DNA from: an uncultured archaeon
GTDB taxonomy: Archaea; Aenigmatarchaeota; Aenigmatarchaeia; CG10238-14; SCSR01
Length of the DNA stretch: 58,430 nt
Assembly (NCBI GenBank): GCA_964645905.1
Contig: CAZYBR010000001.1
Span: 1 to 58,430, forward strand
Direction: 5' to 3'
Shown here one piece after another: positions 27,905-36,800 of the stretch (the first letter of the stretch is position 1; the number at the start of each line of letters is the position of its first letter). The position numbers and the translations under genes are program-made. Under the pieces are notes generated by a model. That model was not told the DNA's origin and ran no database searches. It saw only the letters and a list, made by a program, of their open reading frames with translations.

Positions 27905-29842
27905 ATGGATGACTTAAAACTGTTATGGAAAAATAAGAAAGAAGAAGTAGATAAGATTGTATTACCTTTTCAGAAAATAGAGACAGTAACTATATCTCGA
28001 ACGGGTAAAGACACACTGAATGTATTAAGAAATACCGATAATAGTTCTTGGAAAAACAAACTTATTTGGGGTGATAATAAGTATATTCTGGCTTCTTTGT
28101 TAAAAGACCCTTCTATTGCCGGAAATATAAAACTAATTTATATAGATCCGCCTTTCTTCACAGGTACGAACATGAATATTCCTATTAAAATAGGTGATAC
28201 TAGTGAAGTCACAAAAGAACCTTCTGCAATTGAAGAAGTTGCTTATAGAAATATGTGGAAAGGAAACAGTAGAGAAGAGCAAGCATCATCTTTTTTGCAA
28301 TACATGTATGAACGAATAAAATTAATGCACGATTTGCTTTCGGAAGATGGTTCGATGTATGTAAGATTCGATTATCATTATTCTCATTATATTAAAATAA
28401 TACTGGATGAAATTTTCGATTATGATAATTTTAGAAATGAAATAATTGTAAATAGGACCAGAAAAAACGTTATGGAATCGCAAACACAAAGAGTTTTTCC
28501 TACTGCTACTGATTCTTTATTTTTTTATTCTAAAAATAATTCAGCATTTTTAAATAAAGTTGTCAAAAAACTTGAGCAAAAACGAGAGGGTTTTTGGAGA
28601 CACATGGATGATTCGGCGGGACAAGGAAGTCCAAAAATATTTTTTGGTAAAAAACTATCACCACCAGTCGGCAAACACTTCAAATATTCTCAAGAAAAAA
28701 TTGACGAAATGATTAAAAATGGAAAAATCAGATTACATTGCAAAAACTGCGGCTATGAACATACAGAAGGCAATTGGAATAAATGCCCCTCATGTAAAAA
28801 GGATAACCCAAGACCAGAATATTGGGTATCTGAACGAGAACACGCTTTACTAGATACAAATTGGACAGATATACCTGGTTATTCATTTAGTACAGGATAT
28901 CCAACCGAAAATTCCGAACATTTATTGGAGAGAGTTATACTCGCTTCTTCTAATCCAAGTGATTTAGTTGCTGACTTTTTTGCAGGATCGGGGACTACAA
29001 ACATAGTTGCCGAAAAGTTGAATCGTAGATGGATAGCTTGCGATATAGGAAGATTTTCAATTCATACAATAAGAAAACGACTTCTTGAAATACCTACATG
29101 CAAACCATTTGAAGTTCTTAATATGGGTAAATATGAAAGAAAATATTGGGCAACTGAGACATTAGGAGAAGATTATAAAAAATATATTGATTTTATTGTA
29201 CAATTATATAACGCCAAACCATTGAATAATTTTGAATATATTCATGGGAAAAAAGGTAGTAAGGCTGTTCATGTCGGATTAGTAGATTCACCTGTTTCAA
29301 AAAAAGAAATATTTGACGCACTCGCTGAATGTAAAAAAGTGGGCTTCGACAGTCTTGATGTGCTTGGCTGGGAATGGGAAATGGGTTTGAATGATTCAAT
29401 AATAAAAGATGCTAAAGATTTATTTACTGTGAATCTAGCTCTTTGGGTTATACCTAGAGAAGTGATGGATAAAAGGGCTGTGGAAGCGGGTGATATAGAC
29501 TTTTATGAACTTGCTCATTTACAAGTGGATGTTTCGAAAGAAGCTAGAGGTGTGAAAATTAAACTTGAAGATTTCATAATTCCTAACCCTGAGCTTATTC
29601 CTGCAGAAGTTCAGAAAAAAATTAAAAAATGGAGCGACTATATAGATTATTGGGCAGTTGACTGGGAATTTAAAGATGTTTTTCATAACGAATGGCAGAC
29701 ATATAGAACCAAAGACTCCTCTAATTTAAAACTTGAGACACCTTCTCATGATTATCGAAAAGGTGAGTACCAAATACTGATTAAAGTTATTGATATTTTC
29801 GGCAATGATACAAGTACGATAAGACGAATTGTGATAAAATGA
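27905..29842 (+). CDS. mod: Type III R-M DNA methyltransferase (Mod), beta-class N6-adenine/N4-cytosine
   Basis: Motif IV IYIDPPF precedes motif I DFFAGSGTT (beta order). The variable region between them has a CKNC...CPSC zinc ribbon. ATGA overlap with res. Confidence 0.85.
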   Translation: MDDLKLLWKNKKEEVDKIVLPFQKIETVTISRTGKDTLNVLRNTDNSSWKNKLIWGDNKYILASLLKDPSIAGNIKLIYIDPPFFTGTNMNIPIKIGDTSEVTKEPSAIEEVAYRNMWKGNSREEQASSFLQYMYERIKLMHDLLSEDGSMYVRFDYHYSHYIKIILDEIFDYDNFRNEIIVNRTRKNVMESQTQRVFPTATDSLFFYSKNNSAFLNKVVKKLEQKREGFWRHMDDSAGQGSPKIFFGKKLSPPVGKHFKYSQEKIDEMIKNGKIRLHCKNCGYEHTEGNWNKCPSCKKDNPRPEYWVSEREHALLDTNWTDIPGYSFSTGYPTENSEHLLERVILASSNPSDLVADFFAGSGTTNIVAEKLNRRWIACDIGRFSIHTIRKRLLEIPTCKPFEVLNMGKYERKYWATETLGEDYKKYIDFIVQLYNAKPLNNFEYIHGKKGSKAVHVGLVDSPVSKKEIFDALAECKKVGFDSLDVLGWEWEMGLNDSIIKDAKDLFTVNLALWVIPREVMDKRAVEAGDIDFYELAHLQVDVSKEARGVKIKLEDFIIPNPELIPAEVQKKIKKWSDYIDYWAVDWEFKDVFHNEWQTYRTKDSSNLKLETPSHDYRKGEYQILIKVIDIFGNDTSTIRRIVIK

Positions 29843-32376
29843 TGGGACCATTCAATAAACCTGATAATAGAATAGAGACATTCTGCCCATTGGTGTTAAA
29901 GATACGAGAAGAAGTCGACAAGTGGAGAGACTCTGGTTATGATGGTGTGTCAGAAACTACAAAAATTCTTCTTAATTTTTGGTTTAACGAAGGTCACATG
30001 TCTAATGGGAAACTATTCAAATATTATTTCTGCCAAAGAGAGGCAATCGAAACATTGGTATTTTTATTTGAAGTAAAACAAATTAGAACTCTCAGAGATC
30101 TTGTAATCAACTATGATATTAGCAAAAAAATTGCTTATAATCCTCATGATGATTTATTCACGAAATTTTGTTTTAAAATGGCTACAGCTTCTGGTAAAAC
30201 AAAAGTTATGGCTTTAGCAATAGTGTGGTCTTTTTTAAACAATGTCATAGAACAAAATAAAGATTTTTCCAAAAGTTTTATTATTATTGCGCCTAATATA
30301 GCTGTTTATGAAAGATTGAGAACAGATTTTTCAGGCGGTGAAATATTCAGAAGTGACCCCCTAATACCAGAAGAGTTTCAAAATTATTGGGATGTCGATG
30401 TTGTTTTAGAAGATGAATTAACAAGTCGGTCGGCAAAAGGTAGAATATATCTTACAAATGTCCAAAAACTTTATGAACGCTCAAATGATACTGAGAGCCT
30501 GAACCCCGTAGAAGCAATAGTTGGAACTAAACCGAGAGAAAAGAACGCATATGAAACTATTTTTGATGATTTAATGAAACTTGATGATATTTCTATAATT
30601 AACGATGAGGCTCACCATGTTTGGGATCCTGAATCGAAATGGAGTGAATTTATATCAAAACTTTTCAAACGATTTAAAAAAGATGGAAAACTATTTGCTT
30701 TCCAGCTTGATTTTTCCGCTACGCCAAAGAAGCAGAATGGCGGACTTTTTGAATGGGTTATAGCAGATTATCCTCTTGCTGATGCTATAAGAAATGGAAT
30801 TGTAAAAAGACCTATTATTGGAGAAGTTGAAAATGCAAAAGAGACTCCATCGGAAAGAGCCGATATTGTTTACAGAGATTACATAGAAGCTGGAATAAGG
30901 AGGTGGAGGAGATACAGAGAAGTCATGATAAACGTAAAGAAGAATCCTATAATATTTTTCATGGCTACTAAAACGAAAGAAGCTGAAGATATAAGAGATT
31001 TTCTAGAAACAAAATCCGATTTCAAAGGTAAGGTTCTTTTGATTCATACGAATTTGAAAGGGGATATAAGTGAAAAGGAATGGACTAAACTTAAAGAAGA
31101 ATCAAGAAATCTAGATTCTGATAGCGACAAATATCGAGCTGTCGTAAGTGTTCTTATGCTTAGAGAAGGATGGGATGTTAAAAATGTAACTATTATAGTA
31201 GGTCTCAGACCGTATACTTCCAAAGCCAACATACTACCAGAACAAACGTTGGGAAGAGGATTGAGATTAATGTTTGGTCCTAAATCTGGGTTTGAAGAAA
31301 CTGTAGATGTTTTCGGTTCTAGTGCATTTATTGACTTTATCGATTCTGAGTTAAAGAAGGAAGGCGTTAGAATTCAGAGACTTAAAGAAAGGGAAATGCC
31401 AGATGTTACTAATATTTTCGTTGACCCAAGGAAAATGAAATTCAATGTAGAAATTCCCAATATAACTCCTAAGTATACAAGAATAAACAGATCATTTGAT
31501 GACATTAAGGTTGAGAATCTTCCCAAAGGTCCATTTGAATTAGATTTGAAATCGTACTCGATAAAGAAAATAGCTAAAGGAAGAGATGCCTTAACGAATA
31601 AAGAAGTTTGGAAAGATCAATGGAACCAAATTATACCTGAAAACTTTGAGTCTATAATAGGTTATTATTCGAATCGTATACTTAGAGAATGTAAAATACC
31701 ATCGCGAAACTATGAATTTATCCCGAAATTAAAGGAGTACATTTTAAAACGTTTATTTGGCAGAGAACTTACCGAAAAAGAAATCAGCAACAAACTTTTC
31801 TTAAGGCAGTTCATAGAATCAAGCATATACTCCTATTTAATGACGCTATTCCCGAGAGTTATAAACACTTTGACCATAACACCGCAAGAAGTTAAACTGA
31901 ATCAAGAACCTAAAATGGCGTCTCATGTAGAGCCATTTCTGACTAGGAAGGAAGTCTACAATTCAAAGAAATGCATATTGAATTTAGTACCTATTGATAA
32001 TGATTTGGAAGGTAGGTTCTGTATTTTTTTGGATTCGGCTAAAGATGTTAAAACATTTATTAAGAACGATGTGAATCTGAACTTCTATATAGAATACGTC
32101 AATGAGAAAAAAGGAATTTCGTATTATGTACCAGATTTTGTTATAGAAACTAACAATGAATTCTTTATTGTAGAAACTAAGGGTGTTGAAACGGAGGATG
32201 TGGAATTCAAGGATAAGAGAGCTACTGAATGGTGTGAAGATGCTTCAAAATTAACAGGTAAAAAATGGGAGTATATCAAAGTAAAACAAATAATTTTTGA
32301 CGAAAACCAGAACATAAAAACATTCAGTAAATTAGTGGAGTTGATAAAGGCATATCAACTAGCGACGAATTATTAA
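29839..32376 (+). CDS. res: Type III restriction enzyme Res subunit (SF2 helicase + PD-(D/E)xK nuclease)
   Basis: MATASGKTKV (Walker A), NDEAHH (DEAH box), LMLREGWDV, and a C-terminal nuclease motif YVPDFVIE...FFIVETKG. Confidence 0.85.
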   Translation: MMGPFNKPDNRIETFCPLVLKIREEVDKWRDSGYDGVSETTKILLNFWFNEGHMSNGKLFKYYFCQREAIETLVFLFEVKQIRTLRDLVINYDISKKIAYNPHDDLFTKFCFKMATASGKTKVMALAIVWSFLNNVIEQNKDFSKSFIIIAPNIAVYERLRTDFSGGEIFRSDPLIPEEFQNYWDVDVVLEDELTSRSAKGRIYLTNVQKLYERSNDTESLNPVEAIVGTKPREKNAYETIFDDLMKLDDISIINDEAHHVWDPESKWSEFISKLFKRFKKDGKLFAFQLDFSATPKKQNGGLFEWVIADYPLADAIRNGIVKRPIIGEVENAKETPSERADIVYRDYIEAGIRRWRRYREVMINVKKNPIIFFMATKTKEAEDIRDFLETKSDFKGKVLLIHTNLKGDISEKEWTKLKEESRNLDSDSDKYRAVVSVLMLREGWDVKNVTIIVGLRPYTSKANILPEQTLGRGLRLMFGPKSGFEETVDVFGSSAFIDFIDSELKKEGVRIQRLKEREMPDVTNIFVDPRKMKFNVEIPNITPKYTRINRSFDDIKVENLPKGPFELDLKSYSIKKIAKGRDALTNKEVWKDQWNQIIPENFESIIGYYSNRILRECKIPSRNYEFIPKLKEYILKRLFGRELTEKEISNKLFLRQFIESSIYSYLMTLFPRVINTLTITPQEVKLNQEPKMASHVEPFLTRKEVYNSKKCILNLVPIDNDLEGRFCIFLDSAKDVKTFIKNDVNLNFYIEYVNEKKGISYYVPDFVIETNNEFFIVETKGVETEDVEFKDKRATEWCEDASKLTGKKWEYIKVKQIIFDENQNIKTFSKLVELIKAYQLATNY

Positions 32377-32407
32377 TCGTTTTAAATAATATGTGAACTA
32401 ATGTCAA

Positions 32408-33064
32408 CTAATTCTCTTGTAGAATAGAAGGATACGATCTTTTAATTTCTGTAATTAATTTATTAATACCAGTCTCTATATCATCGGTGCGAATTTTAAT
32501 GCCTTGTTTTTGTTCTGCCAGACCAGTTATGTTAGTTTCGTCGAAAATAAGTGGAACTACTATTTTATCTTTAGCCATAGCATATCCAGTCTCTTGATTT
32601 GCCCAAGCCGATAAATTAAAATTATCTGTAATTAACGGGAGGAATAAATCACAAGAGTCCAAGTGTTTTTCTATTTCGTCTCTCCATTCAGATGATATCT
32701 CGACTTCTTCATGAGCTAAAAAAGATTTTATGTTGAATTTTCCTAGTTCTTCTTTAACTTTACCTGCAATATTTTTATCTTTAGTGTTATAACTCAAGAA
32801 TGCTTCTCTTGACATCTCGTCTAGTGTTATGATAGTCTCAGAGCCGTGTCTTTCAAGCTTTTCCACACGTCCAATTATAGGAGGGTTGAGTTTTTGAAGT
32901 GGTATAGTCATCATGGGTCTATCAAAGGAACCTACTTCTCCTGTTGATGAGTTTTCTATAGCAGGTGTTCTAATTGAGGTTTGACTGTAGAAATACGCCT
33001 CAGTAATCTTGATCATGTCACCTCTTCTTGCATTAAATGTGCCACTAATAGCTACAGTTATCAT
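32408..33064 (-). CDS. TIR-like domain protein with an uncharacterised ~90-aa N-terminal domain
   Basis: C-terminal half AFLSYNTKDKNIAGKVKEEL...FLAHEEV...SCDLFLPLITDNFNLSAWANQETGYA follows the TIR pattern (FxSYxxxD ... S.W...E). The track start at 33070 is TTG; I use the ATG at 33064. Confidence 0.55.
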   Translation of the reverse strand: MITVAISGTFNARRGDMIKITEAYFYSQTSIRTPAIENSSTGEVGSFDRPMMTIPLQKLNPPIIGRVEKLERHGSETIITLDEMSREAFLSYNTKDKNIAGKVKEELGKFNIKSFLAHEEVEISSEWRDEIEKHLDSCDLFLPLITDNFNLSAWANQETGYAMAKDKIVVPLIFDETNITGLAEQKQGIKIRTDDIETGINKLITEIKRSYPSILQEN

Positions 33065-33174
33065 AACCAATTGAAATTTAACACTAGATGTATTTATTTA
33101 ATTCATAACTAAGAAACAACCGAAACTTAACACAAAATTTCTTTATAAGCACCAATCAACAACTTACCAGAACC
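33063..33174. repeat. Right arm of the ~113-bp inverted repeat bracketing the island
   Basis: Read on the minus strand: GGTTCTGGTAAGT (rc of 33162-33174), then 77 nt, then GTGTTAAATTTCAATTGGTTAT (rc of 33063-33084). This is 21/22 identical to 24915-24936, and its last bases overlap the ATG at 33064. Confidence 0.8.
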
Positions 33175-33185
33175 CCCCCCGCCAG
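33162..33185. repeat. Intergenic C-run element (copy C)
   Basis: ACTTACCAGAACCCCCCCCGCCAG. A C8 run plus GCCAG, as in copies A and B. On the minus strand it reads CTGGCGGGGGGGG. Confidence 0.6.
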
Positions 33186-33257
33186 AAGCTTTATATACTT
33201 TTATGTTATAGTTAATACTAAATTTAGTATTCGTTGTAACATAAACAAGGTGTAAAA

Positions 33258-33599
33258 ATGGCAGAAAAAAAGGGGATCATATTCGCATTCTCCATGAAGA
33301 CCGAGAAGATCTCGCCTTCGGAGAAGACAGTATTTTTCAGGAAGCTTTACGGATGGAAGCAGGTGGTCTCGAATGAGAACAAGAAATACGAGTACGAAAG
33401 GCATGGCATCCTCGACGAGATGCCTCACGCCAAAGTCGACCAGTCGTCCTTCATCATCCCGGAGGACAATTTTGAGCAGATAATGAATTTTTTTGACGAG
33501 TGGCACAGCAAGGTCTTGCTAAAGACTTTCAAAGTGCTATTAGATAGAGAGACTGAAGACATGTTCGATGACTTTGAAGTATTGGAAGAGGATGAATAA
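33258..33599 (+). CDS. Hypothetical protein (113 aa) with an acidic C-terminal tail
   Basis: ORF track. Ends ...DDFEVLEEDE. Its stop overlaps the next ATG (TAATG). No motif assigned with confidence. Confidence 0.45.
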   Translation: MAEKKGIIFAFSMKTEKISPSEKTVFFRKLYGWKQVVSNENKKYEYERHGILDEMPHAKVDQSSFIIPEDNFEQIMNFFDEWHSKVLLKTFKVLLDRETEDMFDDFEVLEEDE

Positions 33600-33817
33600 T
33601 GGATATAAAAATAGTTTACTGCGTGCCGTGCGGGTATATCCAAAAAGCAGAATGGATGAAGAAGGAATTGGAAAAATCTATAAAGGATGCGAAAGTGAAA
33701 CTCGAGCCTGGAGACAAGGGCATCTTCGATGTTTATGCTGATAAGAACCTGCTCTTTTCCAAGCACAAAGAGGGAAGGTTCCCAGATTCTAAGGAAATAA
33801 TAAGACTGGTGAAATAA
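33599..33817 (+). CDS. Rdx-family (SelW/SelT/SelH-like) thioredoxin-fold protein with CxxC
   Basis: MDIKIVYCVPCGYIQKAEWMKKELEK...PGDKGIFDVYADKNLLFSKHKEGRFP matches the Rdx pattern (IxYCxxC/U ... G.FEV ... SK...g.FP). Confidence 0.65.
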   Translation: MDIKIVYCVPCGYIQKAEWMKKELEKSIKDAKVKLEPGDKGIFDVYADKNLLFSKHKEGRFPDSKEIIRLVK

Positions 33818-36800
33818 TGGCTGAACAAACAAACGAAGTCAGATTGAAAGTCGGAGAGCTCACCGCACGAGAGGAAGCAGGCAGGGGGATTGTCAGGATA
33901 GATTCTAATACGATGAGCAAGCTGCAAGTCAAGGAAGGCGATGTGATAGAAATCGAGGGGTCAAAGATCAGCGCCGCCATAGCTGTCCGCTCTTATCCTG
34001 CAGATGTAGGATTGAACATCATTAGAATGGACGGCATAACAAGAAGGAATGTCGGCAGCGGCGTGGGAGAATACGTGAAACTGAGAAAAGCAGAAGTCAA
34101 GGAAGCCAAGTCTGTCACATTGGCGCCGGCACAAAAAGGCATCATGATCCATATATCGCCGAATTTGATAAAACAAAACATTTTTATGCGCCCGATGGTC
34201 AAGGGTGACATAATCTCGCCGTCTCCTGTCGGAAGAAGAAGAAGTTCAGGCCTGTTCGAGGATTTCTTTGGAATGGACATAGAAGAATTTTTCCCGTCAT
34301 TCACTCCATTTTCAGGAGATATAAAATTCATTGTTGTCAATACGAGCCCTGCGGGTGTTGTAAAGATCGGCGAGATAACGGAATTGGAAATATTGCCGCA
34401 GCTGCCAGAATCGATGAAGCTCGAAGACAGGGCAGTCCCTACTGTGACATATGAAGACGTCGGCGGAATCAGGGAGATCATTCACAAAGTAAGGGAAATG
34501 ATCGAATTGCCATTGAGGCATCCGGAACTGTTCGAAAGACTGGGAATCGAGCCACCGAAAGGAGTCTTGTTGTACGGGCCGCCTGGGACTGGCAAGACAT
34601 TATTGGCGAAGGCTGTGGCGAACGAATCAGGCGCATATTTCATTTCTATCAGCGCTCCTGAAATTATGAGCAAGTGGTATGGCGAAAGCCTGCCTTATGA
34701 CGAGAAAATCTTGGTTTCAGAAAAGGGTATGGTTAAACGAAAACCCATAGGTGAAGTCGTGGAAAGCGGGAACAAAGATATACAGGTTCTTTCTTTTGAC
34801 GAGCAAGGCAAAATAAGATTTGCGAAAGTCACGGACTTGATTAAGCATAAGAACACAGGAAAATTGCTGGAGGTCGTGACAAAAAGCGGAAGAAAGATAA
34901 AAGTTACCGACTATCACAGCCTGTTCACTCTGGACGGTGGCAAAATAAAAAGCATCAGGACATCTGAATTAATTCCGAAGAAATCTTTCATCGCAGTACC
35001 GAGATTCATCCCTCAAGCGGGGACCAATCTGGAAGAGATAAATATTTTGGATTCGTTGAAAGAGAATGACCTAGGTTTGGTCACTAGAAACGTGCAAGGA
35101 TATGTAAAACGCGCCATTGAGAAAATCGGCGCGGACAGGGTTGCCGGAATTCTAAAATGCAATAAGAATTATATCTGGTTCATACTCAACAAGAACATTG
35201 GGATAAGAATTTCCAAATTCATGAAGCTTATGGAAGCTGGAAATGTTACAATCAATGATGATGTGCGAATTTACAGTAGAACAAAATCTTTGCCAGCAAA
35301 AATCAAGCTTACAGACGATTTCCTTACATTCCTAGGATTGTGGGTGGCGGAAGGGTCATACACTAAGAATGGCAATGTCAGGCTTACTGTCCATAGGAAA
35401 GAAGCCAGTGATGTCAAGGCCCTCTGCGAGAGGCTTTTTGGAAAAGTGGCTGAATATGAATATAAAGAAAACGCTACAGACATTTATATTTCGTCGACGG
35501 TTTTGTACAAAGTGATGAAGGATGTCCTGGGTTTGATGGGTGGCGCGAGAAACAAGCATGCACCTGATATTGTCTTCAATTTAAGCAAAGAGAAGGTTGC
35601 GGCTTTTCTTACAGGCTATCTGAGCGGCGATGGTTCCATCTACGCCAACCAGCACGGAGTCCCGCAGATAGAAGCGTCCACAGCCAGTGAAAAATTGGCC
35701 GATGATTTGATGCATCTTTTCCTCTATTTCGGCATCATTGCGAAAACATATGACAGGAAAAACGAAGACGCAAAGAGAGTAGTGCTCACAGGAGTGGACA
35801 ATCTCCTGAAATTCAAGCAGATAGGGTTCATCGACTGGAAAAAGAATTCCATGGTAACAGACTATCTTACGAATGTTGCATGGAAGAGAAGCGATCAAAT
35901 ACCTTCAGGCGGGCTTGACCCGATAATAAGCCACATTCCTCAAATCAAGCAATGGGCAAACTCTGAGACTATCGGAAGGGGCATTCTAGGGCAGGTGGCT
36001 GATATGGACACGGCAATCGAGTACGGGTTGGATGAGGATTTGATGCAGGATGCGATAAGATTGGTGTCAAATGACATTTATTGGGACAGAGTCGAGGAAA
36101 TAAAGGAGATTAATAACGAGAAATATGTCTATGATATATCCGTTTCTCCTAGTGAAAACTTTCTCGCTGGATTTGGCGGTATATTTGCACATAACAGCGA
36201 ACAGAATATAAAAAGGATTTTCGAAGAGGCTGAGAAAAACGCTCCTGCGATTATTTTCATTGATGAGATCGATGCAATCGCGCCGAAGAGAGAGGAAGTA
36301 AGCGGCGAAGTTGAAAGAAGAGTCGTGTCCACATTACTGACGCAGATGGACGGATTGAAGAAAAGAGGGAAAGTAATTGTCATTGCTGCGACCAACAGAC
36401 CGAACAGTCTGGATTCTGCAATCAGAAGAGCAGGAAGGTTCGATAGGGAGATTGAATTTCCTGTGCCGGACAGGGAGGGAAGACTGGATATTTTCAAGAT
36501 CCACACGAGGAACATGCCGATGGCAAAAGACGTTGATTTGAACCACCTTTCTGAAATCACTTATGGTTTTGTTGGCTCTGACATATGGGCAGTAGGAAAA
36601 GAGGCAGCCATGTCCGCATTGAGAAGGGTCCTTCCAGAAATAAAATGGAAAGAAGATGAGGAGCTGCCGAAAGAAATCATAGAGAAGCTCATTGTCACTA
36701 AAGACGATTTCGAGGATGCACTGCGCATAGTCGAGCCTTCGGCGATGAGGGAAGTCATGGTCGAGATACCGAATGTTAAATGGGAGGACATAGGCGGACT

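Noticed and set aside
22481-33185. Whether the three C-run repeats are a CRISPR array
   Set aside because: There are only three copies, 2.3 and 8.3 kb apart, of unequal length, separated by protein-coding genes. There are no regular spacers and no cas genes.
33258-33599. Cas2/VapD-like ferredoxin-fold impression for the 113-aa protein (IIFAFS...FRKLYGWKQV...SSFII)
   Set aside because: The resemblance is only a loose hydrophobic pattern. There is no CRISPR array or cas gene in the window. It is left as hypothetical.
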